Of a stretch of 25,358 nt of DNA, positions 11,025-20,722 are shown piece after piece (the first letter of the stretch is position 1; each line of letters opens with the position of its first letter). The stretch is from the IMG/VR virus record IMGVR_UViG_3300017780_003557, positions 1 to 25,358 of that record. One strand, 5' to 3'. This DNA comes from a virus. Its lineage: Duplodnaviria; Caudoviricetes. Made by a program: the position numbers and the translations under genes. Under the pieces are notes generated by a model. The model was not told where the DNA came from. It was given only the letters and a program-made list of their open reading frames with translations, and made no database searches.

Positions 11025-12203
11025 ATGGATGAAAGAATTTTTTATTATAAGATATCACCTGAAGTAATTAAGAACAAAATATTCTTGGTTAATTATACGG
11101 GTGATAGTGAAACAACAAACTCGGAATATGTGGAATGTTGTGACATATATACAAGTGCGGTAACTAGATTTTTTACAGGTCAAACATATGCGTATTCATC
11201 AATGACGGATATATTGTCAGGTGGAACAACAGGAGATTCAATATTAAATTTAACCATTCCAATATTTTTAACTGAAAATACAATTGATATTGGTTATTAC
11301 TCGGTATTTGATGGTATGGTTGTACAACAGAATACTATGACTAATTTTTTGTTTTCGTCAACAACATTAAACCCATTTAAGTACTTTTTTTATAATACCT
11401 CGGATACGGAATTTAAAAAATATTTATCATTTTCAGATTATAAAATTGATTGGGGTGACGGTTCACCAATACAAACTGTTAATAATGTTGCACCAAACAA
11501 TTATGCGCATACTTACACACAGAGTGGTTATTTTGTAATAACAATGTCAGGTATGAGTCCTTGGGGTGTTAATTTGGTGAAAAAAAAGATTTCAGTACCC
11601 TATTCTGCGGCAACAATAACTGACCCAAATGGTACTGCTTATTTTATTCCTGCTGGTGGTAATTGGTCAGGAACACCGATAAGTTACGATTATATATTTA
11701 GTGGTGATTCTACTTGTGATGTTGAATTACAATCAAGTGGAAATTATACTACAATACCATTTATAATTTCAGGTTATACATATTCATCCTTGACTGATTT
11801 ACAAGTGTATGGTAAATCGACGGATACTAAATTATTTGCGGGAAAATATAGATTAGGAATTCCTGTTAAAATTGATAATGAAACTGTAGGGACATTAAAA
11901 GAAGTTACAGACACATATACAGCATACACAATAAACGAAAAATACTATTATGATTTTCCTGATGGAACGACAGTTTTTGTAGTTGAATCATCAGGAATAA
12001 CCTCTGATATGTTAGTTTGTTCAGCAATAACTAAAAATGAAGCATTAATAAACGTGATTGATGAACCGGAAATACAATCTGATGTATTTATTGAGAGAGG
12101 TAAACAATCAGGATTAGAATCGGTAATCAGGTTAGGTGAGGTGGATAATGTTGGAGACCTTGAAAAGTATGGTTACGGATTTTATAAAGTAAACGAAATA
12201 TAA
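11025..12203 (+). CDS. PKD-like domain-containing putative virion protein (392 aa)
   Basis: YKIDWGDGS...AHTYTQSGYFVITM matches the PKD W(D/G)xGDG...HTY..G.Y pattern; coupled to neighbours through TAATATG junctions. Confidence 0.6.
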   Translation: MDERIFYYKISPEVIKNKIFLVNYTGDSETTNSEYVECCDIYTSAVTRFFTGQTYAYSSMTDILSGGTTGDSILNLTIPIFLTENTIDIGYYSVFDGMVVQQNTMTNFLFSSTTLNPFKYFFYNTSDTEFKKYLSFSDYKIDWGDGSPIQTVNNVAPNNYAHTYTQSGYFVITMSGMSPWGVNLVKKKISVPYSAATITDPNGTAYFIPAGGNWSGTPISYDYIFSGDSTCDVELQSSGNYTTIPFIISGYTYSSLTDLQVYGKSTDTKLFAGKYRLGIPVKIDNETVGTLKEVTDTYTAYTINEKYYYDFPDGTTVFVVESSGITSDMLVCSAITKNEALINVIDEPEIQSDVFIERGKQSGLESVIRLGEVDNVGDLEKYGYGFYKVNEI

Positions 12204-12204
12204 T

Positions 12205-13113
12205 ATGGCAACAGGAACATATGGAACAATAAGACCGGCTGATGTATCACCGGAAGATGTTGAGATAATCTTGAATTATACACCATCAAGAGACGATACT
12301 AATAATTTTGAATTAACTAAGTTGGATGCAACTGCGGTGTTAAGACCGTATTTTCATAATGACGCGACAGGTGGTAAACCAAACCTTGAAATATTGGGTG
12401 GTTTATATAATTTAAAACTACCGGCAGACCAATTTAATAGAATAGGTATCTATACTTTATTTATTAGACCTGCGGAAATTAGAACGTCAATATTAGATTG
12501 TGGTGTGTTGTCGGCATTACCAAATGTTAGAGGTTTGGTGTTTGATTTAAGTGAAGTCCCTAGTGAATTTAGAAATAAGTTTGTCACTCAAGGTTTGGTT
12601 GGATTTAGAATTGAATATCTAAATTCAGATGGAACAAAAATACCTAATTTTTACCGAATTATTACCTCATCTTTTTTCTGTGAACCTGTTATTGAAAATT
12701 TAACAAATACTTCGCAAAAAGCGATTAGATATAGATATACTGAAAATAATACAAATTTGATGTTTTGTACGTTGTCACCATCGTCATCACCAACAAACAA
12801 ACCTAATTCAGTTCCATATATCGGTCAACCAACACAAAATGTTATAATAACTAATACATTCTTTAATCCAATAACCTTAGATATTGAGATGGCTGAACAT
12901 GATTTTTCAACATTGGCAATTGCGTTGTTTGGTAATCAAACTAAATCTATGGATGATGGTATCTACACTATGTATGACACTGACGATAATATCTATAGAC
13001 AATACAATCTATATGAAATTAGAGACCAATTTAACAGATTGTTATTTGAGGTTAGAGCGGATAGAGGGGATGATATTGATTTTAGTAAAAACTTTACAAA
13101 TATAACTGAATAA
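12205..13113 (+). CDS. Hypothetical protein, probable baseplate component (302 aa)
   Basis: Clean ORF coupled on both sides (TAATATG upstream, TAATG downstream); no motif recognised. Confidence 0.55.
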   Translation: MATGTYGTIRPADVSPEDVEIILNYTPSRDDTNNFELTKLDATAVLRPYFHNDATGGKPNLEILGGLYNLKLPADQFNRIGIYTLFIRPAEIRTSILDCGVLSALPNVRGLVFDLSEVPSEFRNKFVTQGLVGFRIEYLNSDGTKIPNFYRIITSSFFCEPVIENLTNTSQKAIRYRYTENNTNLMFCTLSPSSSPTNKPNSVPYIGQPTQNVIITNTFFNPITLDIEMAEHDFSTLAIALFGNQTKSMDDGIYTMYDTDDNIYRQYNLYEIRDQFNRLLFEVRADRGDDIDFSKNFTNITE

Positions 13114-16100
13114 TGGCAATAAAAAAATATATTTGTCCACCAACTCCGGCCACAGGTGCGGGAACATTTTCTGACGACTTAGTTGGATTCCAATTAGTGC
13201 AGGGTGGTGGTTTGACTCAAGGTAACTTCAATTTTGTTACTTCAATCACTGAAAAGTCAAATCGTAATTTTATTACGGGTAACTTTTCTGAGCCAATAAA
13301 TTTAACAACATTAGGTGTTGATGATATTACTCAGTCAAAACAAATATTTGAAGCTAATTTTAAAGTTTACCCTAATTTTGATTTAAGTCAGGTTACTAAT
13401 TTTACTTTATACGGGTCATTAAGTAAAAGAATTTCGGTTTCAATTCAGAAAATTATTAGTTATTTTCCAGCGTCAATAGAATCAACTGTTTTAGGTATTA
13501 ATTATGAAACAGGTTCAACAGCGACTAATGTTTATTATGATTCAACGAGTGACAATACGACATTTGATTTAGATATTGCGAGATTACGTAACCAATTTGA
13601 TGTTGATTTCACTGTTGATGCGACTAGAAATTTAGAATTAAGAGAAGTTCAAGTATCGTCACTTAGGAACTTAACTAATGAATATGCTAAGTATTCACTT
13701 TTTTATAATGGTGGTGTGTATGATGTAGTATTCGTCCAACCGACTAATTCATTAACTAATGGGACTTTAACAATATCAGTGTTAGGTAACCCATTTTCAG
13801 GGTTAACTGATGTGTTTACTAACTTTTACATTAGACCTAACGATTTGGAGGTTAGTAGAATATTTAATGAAAATTTTGATGAAATTGAAAAGTTTTTATT
13901 AAATAGATATTCTAATCCAATTTACACATCATACTTCAGTGTTCCTATTGAGAATGATGATGGGACCTATAGTATTGACCAAGCAAAACTTACTTGGCCG
14001 ATAAATGGTATGTGGAATATTGATATATTATCATCAAATTTTACAAGATATCTTGAAAATCTTAACTCAATTACTGAGTCGTTAGATGGGTATAAAACAA
14101 ATTTAATATCAAGGTTTTTAACAACAGGTGCTTTTAAAGATTTTGACACTATCGGTCAAAAAGTTGAGAAAACATTACAAATTTATGGTAGAAATTTTGA
14201 TGAGATTAAAAAATTCATAGATGCGTTAGCCTATATGAATTCAGTTAATTACAATATAGGTAATGATATCCCATCACAACTACTTAAAAACTTAGCCCAA
14301 ACATTAGGTTGGACAACTAATATATCACCAATAACTAATGAGAACTTTTTAAAATCAGTATTCGGTGAAAAGAATAGAGATAAATCAGAGTTCAGTGGGG
14401 TTCAAACAAGTTCAACACCTGAAGAATTAAATTATCAATATTTTAGAAATATCATTTTAAATTCAGCGTATTTGTTTAAATCAAAAGGAACAAGAAAATC
14501 CGTTGAAATATTGATGAGGTTAATTGGTGCTCCTGATGCCTTAGTTGACTTTAATGAACACGTTTATTTAGCTGACCAAGTAATTAATTTAAAACAATTT
14601 AACAAACAATTTGCACAAATATCGGGTGGTACTTATGTTGAACCTTCAGTTGTTTATGACTTAAATAATGTGTTCACATTTCAGGGAACTCAATATACAG
14701 GATTTACAACTGAATTTATAATTAAAGATGTTACCACCGGTAGAAGTGATTATCCTATGGATGAGTATGGTTATCCTATGGCTCCTGAAGATACTGAAAC
14801 TTATTACTTCCAAATTGGTAGTGGTTGGTTTGAACAAACGCCAAGTCATAGAGCTCCTGAGAATGTAAATCAAAGTGGTAGTTCATTTGTCGGTATTAGT
14901 CCTGATTATCAAACATATTTAATACCTTACACTTACGGTCAAGTTTATTTGGATAGGTTTAGAAAGTTCCCTTATATGAGATTAGGGTTCAACTTAACTA
15001 AAACTAAAGATAATAATAAAAGTTGGGTTGATACTGAAGTTGGGTTACGAACTAATTTAGATGGGGGGTATAATTCAAAATATGTAACATATGATGAACG
15101 ATTAGTTTTAAATGTTAAAAATATTGACTTACATTTAAATCCGTCTCAAGGTTTGGTTTATGATGTTTGGTATATGTCAAGAGAATATGATTATCCGATA
15201 CCTAATGCTGGACTTTTTGATTTACCACCATCGGCTTGTGGTTCAACTGTATTAACATCTATTAATCCACAATATCCTCAAAAAGGGGGTGTTGATTGGA
15301 CACAAATTGACCCAAAACCAAAAGAACAAACATTTTTTGAATTTGCACAATCATTTTGGAAAAATATGATTAACGTTAGAAATAGACAATATATGTCTAA
15401 CGGTAAATCAATGGGTTATCCTACGTTAGAGTCAATTTATTGGAGGTATTTGTTATCTCAAGAGGTTATTGGTCAACCAAATGATAATTTCACATATCAA
15501 ACAATGATGAATTATGTGAATGGTTTGGGTGATTATTGGATACGATTAGTTGAACAGATGATTCCGGCATCAACGATTTGGAGTACGGGTGTGAAATATG
15601 AAAACTCGGCTTTCCATAGACAAAAACATGCTTGGAGAAGACAGGGTGGTTGTCAGATTGTTCCTGTTCCTTGTAAACCTTGTGTTACTACAACTAATTT
15701 CTTACCAATTGATTGTCCTGTTCAAAGTACTGAATGTCCTGTATATCCATTAGGAAGTTTGTCATCGTTTACAGGTATTTTAGGTAAAGTTGTTACCGAC
15801 TATATTGCGTCAATTGGGAAAAATGCTAATTCATGTGATTTTAATAGTATTAATAGTGATTGGTTTGTTGACTTACGAATAAACGGTACTATTATAGCAA
15901 AAAATAAATTTTTTACAGGTGTTGGTTATGGAAATAATTCGTTTAGTTCACCTAGTAATTCTCAATGGTTTGACGCGTTAATAGAAACCTTAGATGGAAT
16001 TAATGATGATGGTTATGATTATTATTTAATAGATAATAATACTAAAGTGGTTGTTTTTAATAGTATATGTTCTGAGTCGGCACAAAATTTAACATTAAAT

Positions 16101-16139
16101 ATTAATGTTGGAATAAATTTAAAAATATGTTGTAATTAA
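13113..16139 (+). CDS. Baseplate protein with P2 gpI / T4 gp7-like motif (1008 aa)
   Basis: IPSQLLKNLAQTLGW...YFRNIILNSAYLFKSKGTRKSVEILMRLIG resembles the Tail_P2_I 'L..LA...G(W)...(Y/F)K.KGT' signature; Cys-rich C-terminal part. Confidence 0.65.
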   Translation: MAIKKYICPPTPATGAGTFSDDLVGFQLVQGGGLTQGNFNFVTSITEKSNRNFITGNFSEPINLTTLGVDDITQSKQIFEANFKVYPNFDLSQVTNFTLYGSLSKRISVSIQKIISYFPASIESTVLGINYETGSTATNVYYDSTSDNTTFDLDIARLRNQFDVDFTVDATRNLELREVQVSSLRNLTNEYAKYSLFYNGGVYDVVFVQPTNSLTNGTLTISVLGNPFSGLTDVFTNFYIRPNDLEVSRIFNENFDEIEKFLLNRYSNPIYTSYFSVPIENDDGTYSIDQAKLTWPINGMWNIDILSSNFTRYLENLNSITESLDGYKTNLISRFLTTGAFKDFDTIGQKVEKTLQIYGRNFDEIKKFIDALAYMNSVNYNIGNDIPSQLLKNLAQTLGWTTNISPITNENFLKSVFGEKNRDKSEFSGVQTSSTPEELNYQYFRNIILNSAYLFKSKGTRKSVEILMRLIGAPDALVDFNEHVYLADQVINLKQFNKQFAQISGGTYVEPSVVYDLNNVFTFQGTQYTGFTTEFIIKDVTTGRSDYPMDEYGYPMAPEDTETYYFQIGSGWFEQTPSHRAPENVNQSGSSFVGISPDYQTYLIPYTYGQVYLDRFRKFPYMRLGFNLTKTKDNNKSWVDTEVGLRTNLDGGYNSKYVTYDERLVLNVKNIDLHLNPSQGLVYDVWYMSREYDYPIPNAGLFDLPPSACGSTVLTSINPQYPQKGGVDWTQIDPKPKEQTFFEFAQSFWKNMINVRNRQYMSNGKSMGYPTLESIYWRYLLSQEVIGQPNDNFTYQTMMNYVNGLGDYWIRLVEQMIPASTIWSTGVKYENSAFHRQKHAWRRQGGCQIVPVPCKPCVTTTNFLPIDCPVQSTECPVYPLGSLSSFTGILGKVVTDYIASIGKNANSCDFNSINSDWFVDLRINGTIIAKNKFFTGVGYGNNSFSSPSNSQWFDALIETLDGINDDGYDYYLIDNNTKVVVFNSICSESAQNLTLNINVGINLKICCN

Positions 16140-18319
16140 TGGCTTGTAGTTTATCATATTCATTAACAGGTTTAACGGGTGATTGTCAAAATTTAAATCA
16201 AGGTGCTTTTGGTATTTTAATTGATGGTACTGCACCCCCATATACTATTGAGTGGTTACAACCTCAATTAGGTACTGTTTTATTATCTGGTGATACATTT
16301 AAAATGTCATCATTATCAGCCCACACATATATATTCAATATAACAGATAGTTGTAATGACCCTGAACTTGTGACTAAATTGGCTTCGGTTCATATCTCAA
16401 GTGGGTTTTGCGTTAATATTAGTGGTGTTACTAAAACTACTTGTGATTTTGACAATGGTTCATTAACTGCAACAACAGAGTATGATTATGGTAATTATAG
16501 TTGGTTACTGTATAGTACTGCAGGATATATAACATCGGCAACAACAAATAACGATATAACACCACACGGTGCGATTTTTAGTGGTTTAGAACCTGGAATT
16601 TATCATGTTGATGTTATTGATGATGGAGGTTGTACCGCAAGAACTGAGACTGTTATTATTGATTCTTCATCAAAATTAACATATGATGTTTATGTCGTTG
16701 ATAATTCAGGGTGTTTTCCTGAAATTAAAACAGGTAAAATATTGGTTAATAATATTGTTGGTACACCACCATATACTTTTTTATGGAAAAATGGTGATAC
16801 AATATTACCCGATACCGGAAATTCAATAACGGGGTTAAGTACTGGTTCATATAGTGTGACTGTTAGTGATAATAGTGGGTGTGTTTTAAGTAAGTCAGCG
16901 GAAGTTAATTCGGTTCAACCGATGGAACAGGGTGGATTGTATGTTCAACAACCTTCTTGTTTCGGTAATGATGGTGAGGTAACTATAATTTTAGAAGGTG
17001 GTACATCACCATTTACATTTTCAGGTTCAAACAATGTTATAATAACATCTTTTGATAATTATGTAACATTTGATGGTTTAGCCGGTGGTATGTTTTACTA
17101 TACTGTTCAGGATTCTGGACTTTGTAAATATTCAGGTAGTGTGATGTTAAACACACCTAAGTCCTTTTTGTTAGTAGGAATAGATACTGTTAATTCAAAA
17201 TGTGGTAATGGTTTAGGTAGTATTACCGTTAATGTAACATCAGGTACACCACCATATACCTTTGAAGTTATATCTGCAGATAATTCAGTTAATATTTCTA
17301 AAGTAACTGAAAGTCAAAATTACCCATTTACAAATTTAGCGTCGGGTACTTATACAGTTAGAATTACGGATGGTGGTCCTTGTACTTATACCACAACAAG
17401 AACTATTGAAAATGAAGTTAATTTTGAGTTTAATTATAGTGTTGTTGATACTACTTGTGGTGGAAGTAATGGTTCAATAGTTGTTGAAGTTAGTAATGGA
17501 TTTGGACCTTATACTTATGAACTTAGTACAGGTGAGATTCTTACTCTAACGGACCCAACACATACCTTCAATAATTTACCTTCAGGTAATTATACGGTGT
17601 CAGTTACCGATACTAGTTTATTATGTAAACTAACAGATAGTGTATATGTAGGGTCTTCACAATCGGTAGAATTAGTTTCAAGTTTTGTTAATCCAACTGA
17701 TTGTAGTAATGGTGTGATTAATATTTTTATTGTTAATGGTCATCCACCGTATACTATAACTTGGAGTAGTAATGTTAATGGTCAAACAGGTTTAAGTCTT
17801 AGTAGTTTATCGGCAGGAACTTATACAGTTAATGTAAGTGATAGTTTAGGATGTTTTAAACAAAAAACAATAACATTAACAGGTGGTATATGTTGTTCAT
17901 TATCTTATGAGTTATTTGAAATTTGTGAAAGTGATTTTAATAATACAGGTAAATTATTAACAAAGAATCCATTATTAATGTTAAAAGAAGGGTTTGCTGA
18001 TTTAACAATGGGTGATGAAAATTGTGTTTTAAATAAAGCAATTTTTGAGGCGGTTACAAATGTTAGTGGTGTTACAGCGTCGACAGTATTTTACACAGGT
18101 TATACTTTAACTGATGTACCAAGTGATGAACTATTTGCAGATACTGTTAGAACTATGTTATTAAATTATGATGGTATTGGAACTGTTACAATTGATACTG
18201 ATAAAAATAAAATAGTTATAACAACTGATTGTGCATCAAGTGCTAGTCTGTTAGACACAGTTGTTTCGGTCAGTATGGTAATACATTACGATATTTCTTG
18301 TGTGTCCTGTGCAACATAG
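16139..18319 (+). CDS. SprB-repeat-containing protein, ~7 repeats (726 aa); putative tail appendage/adhesin
   Basis: Repeated C..(N/D)G.I.....G(T)PPY.(F/Y).W.....L..G.Y.V.V.D..(G)C units, e.g. SKCGNGLGSITVNVTSGTPPYTF...NLASGTYTVRITD. No signal peptide or T9SS C-terminal domain visible. Confidence 0.8.
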   Translation: MACSLSYSLTGLTGDCQNLNQGAFGILIDGTAPPYTIEWLQPQLGTVLLSGDTFKMSSLSAHTYIFNITDSCNDPELVTKLASVHISSGFCVNISGVTKTTCDFDNGSLTATTEYDYGNYSWLLYSTAGYITSATTNNDITPHGAIFSGLEPGIYHVDVIDDGGCTARTETVIIDSSSKLTYDVYVVDNSGCFPEIKTGKILVNNIVGTPPYTFLWKNGDTILPDTGNSITGLSTGSYSVTVSDNSGCVLSKSAEVNSVQPMEQGGLYVQQPSCFGNDGEVTIILEGGTSPFTFSGSNNVIITSFDNYVTFDGLAGGMFYYTVQDSGLCKYSGSVMLNTPKSFLLVGIDTVNSKCGNGLGSITVNVTSGTPPYTFEVISADNSVNISKVTESQNYPFTNLASGTYTVRITDGGPCTYTTTRTIENEVNFEFNYSVVDTTCGGSNGSIVVEVSNGFGPYTYELSTGEILTLTDPTHTFNNLPSGNYTVSVTDTSLLCKLTDSVYVGSSQSVELVSSFVNPTDCSNGVINIFIVNGHPPYTITWSSNVNGQTGLSLSSLSAGTYTVNVSDSLGCFKQKTITLTGGICCSLSYELFEICESDFNNTGKLLTKNPLLMLKEGFADLTMGDENCVLNKAIFEAVTNVSGVTASTVFYTGYTLTDVPSDELFADTVRTMLLNYDGIGTVTIDTDKNKIVITTDCASSASLLDTVVSVSMVIHYDISCVSCAT

Positions 18320-18376
18320 GTGTGTTTTTCATTTATTAAACTAATTTATCAATTATTTTTTAAATAAAAATATTTT

Positions 18377-19342
18377 ATGGATGAACTAATTTTTGTATCG
18401 GCACAACCTGATGTTACATATTTTCATTGGCAAACAAAAATTTACATTCATAATTTTATTGAAAAAGGTATTAAACCAAATCAAATTCATCTTTTATTTA
18501 TGATTGTTGACGGGGAAGAACCTAGTCAAGAATCATTGGAATTAAAGGACTTAGGAGTGAACCTACATTACTTTATAGATAAAAGGGTGAGTAAGGTATA
18601 CATTCCAACATTAAGACCTCTAATGTTGTATGAATGGTTAAAAGAAAATCCCGAATATAGTAAGTGTTATTTTTATCACGATTCTGATATTATTTTTAGG
18701 GAATTACCTGATTTTGAAAGTTTGTTAGGCGACGATGTTTGTTATTTATCAGATACTAAATCATATATTGGGTATGAATATATTAATATGTGTGGTGGTA
18801 GATATAAAAAAGAATACCCCAATTTATTAGACGATGAATTACTAAACAATATGTGTGAAATTATAAATATTTCACCGGATATTGTTAAGAACAATCAAGA
18901 AAAATCAGGTGGGGCTCAATACTTGTTAAAAAATGTTGGTTATGAATTTTGGGAAAAAGTCTACAATGATTCTGAACCTTTATATCTATCTCTTATTAAG
19001 TTTCATCAAAAATATCCGATAAGTAATGGTATTCAAATGTGGACATCTGATATGTGGTGTGTCCTATGGAATCTTTGGTTACTTAATAAAGAAACATCAA
19101 TTACCGATAAATTATCGTTTACTTGGGCAACAGACATACTTCCGACATTCAATAAAAACCCAATATTACATATGGCGGGAATAACTAAAAATATGAAATC
19201 AAATACATTTTATAAAGGCGAGTTTACAAACACTAGTCCCTTAGAATTACTTGAGTTTAATATTGAATATTTTAACTATGTTGATGATAACAGTGTAACA
19301 CAAAAATACATTGAAGTTATGAAAAGAATAATAAAAAAATAA
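18377..19342 (+). CDS. GT-A fold glycosyltransferase resembling HPAT/SERGT (GT95/GT96-like) protein O-glycosyltransferases (321 aa)
   Basis: YFHWQ near the N-terminus, YIPTLRP...EWL, DxD motif HDSDIIFR (D102/D104), GGAQY, WTSDMW and a late ILH. Motif order parallels the remembered plant pattern YFDWQ / Y..INKP..WL / DADMI.R / W..EMY / H. Confidence 0.7.
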   Translation: MDELIFVSAQPDVTYFHWQTKIYIHNFIEKGIKPNQIHLLFMIVDGEEPSQESLELKDLGVNLHYFIDKRVSKVYIPTLRPLMLYEWLKENPEYSKCYFYHDSDIIFRELPDFESLLGDDVCYLSDTKSYIGYEYINMCGGRYKKEYPNLLDDELLNNMCEIINISPDIVKNNQEKSGGAQYLLKNVGYEFWEKVYNDSEPLYLSLIKFHQKYPISNGIQMWTSDMWCVLWNLWLLNKETSITDKLSFTWATDILPTFNKNPILHMAGITKNMKSNTFYKGEFTNTSPLELLEFNIEYFNYVDDNSVTQKYIEVMKRIIKK

Positions 19343-19351
19343 ATTTCTGAT

Positions 19352-19358
19352 TATTTAT
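19352..19358 (+). promoter_or_regulatory. TATTTAT motif, candidate late-promoter element
   Basis: 14 nt upstream of ATG19373, the same spacing as at 2719. Confidence 0.35.
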
Positions 19359-19372
19359 AATAAAAATAATTT

Positions 19373-20701
19373 ATGCCGGCATCGACTAATAGAAATGAAT
19401 GTGGGGTGGTAACTATATACCCTATGACAGTGACTTGTAACCCAACTAACCCAACAAGTGAAGTTGCGAGTAACGGTTCAATTAGTTTAACTATATATGG
19501 AGGTTCACCACCATATAGTATTGAATGGACTAATGGTAGTTTTGAGCAAACTTTATATAATTTAAGTGTTGGGTCTTATACTGCTACGGTAACTGATTAT
19601 AATGAAGATTATACTCAAGTTATAACTTGTTCATTAACACCGCCAATTCCGGCAACAACAATATCACCGGAACCAACAACAACACTACTACCTGAATATA
19701 ATATTTGTTTTACTAAAAATGAAGTTAGTGTAAACTATATTGCTAACGGATTTTATAATGGTAAAAACACTTGGACCTCGGAATTTGGAGATTCAAGAAT
19801 TTTTTGGGATACATCATTAACACCTGATAGTTGGAGATTAACAGGTAGTGGTATTACTGAATTAATAATAAATACAAATCCGGCATATCCACCAATAAAT
19901 GGTTGGCAATTGATAGGTGGGATTGGTAGTGTTGGTGCGGTTATTGGTGAATGTAATCCAAGTAATGAACTTGATTTTACATTAACAAAAGAGGACCCAA
20001 CTTGTACTTGTGATGGTGTTATTACAGTAAATGCGACGGGGGGAGTTGGTGGATATCAATATTCGTTTATAAATTCATATCAATTATTACCATTTAAAAA
20101 TGGATTATGTGGTGGTAATTATGCGGTTACTGTTAAAGATGGTGATGGTAATACCAAGACAAAAAGTATTGTATTAAATACTGTACAACCGTCAGTGAAT
20201 TATAGTATTTCAACATCAACTGAATTATATCAACAATTAACACCGACAAGTAGAGAATATCGTTCATCAATATCATTCACAACAAGTCAGTTATCTTCAG
20301 TACCTGTGGGTGTTCAAGTGACAACTGATATTGTGGTTAATTGGAGTTTTACTAGAGGTCCGTTATTGACCTCAGCTACAGCAATATGTTCAATTGAACT
20401 TGTAAAAAATGGGTCAACAATATCTGTGGGTACAATAAATACTACTGAAACAACAGGTGTGAACACATCACCTGGTAGTTGTAATGGTAATACTAATTAT
20501 GTGACAAATTTCATATCAACATTTAGTAATGTTGTAATATCATCAACAGATGTTGTTTATGTTAAAATAAATCAAACTAAAAATATAAATTGTGCCGAAG
20601 CTTGTTGTGTTAGTGAATTTACACAACCGAATACAGGATTTAATAATACAGTACTTAGTGGTTGTGATTGTTGTCTTATTTCGGTTTCAGCGATTGAGTA
20701 A
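19373..20701 (+). CDS. SprB-repeat-containing protein, 2 repeats plus Pro/Thr linker (442 aa)
   Basis: NGSISLTIYGGSPPYSIEWTNG...NLSVGSYTATVTD and DPTCTCDGVITVNATGGVGGYQY...GLCGGNYAVTVKD; linker TPPIPATTISPEPTTT; Cys-rich C-terminus. Confidence 0.72.
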   Translation: MPASTNRNECGVVTIYPMTVTCNPTNPTSEVASNGSISLTIYGGSPPYSIEWTNGSFEQTLYNLSVGSYTATVTDYNEDYTQVITCSLTPPIPATTISPEPTTTLLPEYNICFTKNEVSVNYIANGFYNGKNTWTSEFGDSRIFWDTSLTPDSWRLTGSGITELIINTNPAYPPINGWQLIGGIGSVGAVIGECNPSNELDFTLTKEDPTCTCDGVITVNATGGVGGYQYSFINSYQLLPFKNGLCGGNYAVTVKDGDGNTKTKSIVLNTVQPSVNYSISTSTELYQQLTPTSREYRSSISFTTSQLSSVPVGVQVTTDIVVNWSFTRGPLLTSATAICSIELVKNGSTISVGTINTTETTGVNTSPGSCNGNTNYVTNFISTFSNVVISSTDVVYVKINQTKNINCAEACCVSEFTQPNTGFNNTVLSGCDCCLISVSAIE

Positions 20702-20722
20702 TTAATAATAAAAATAATAAAA

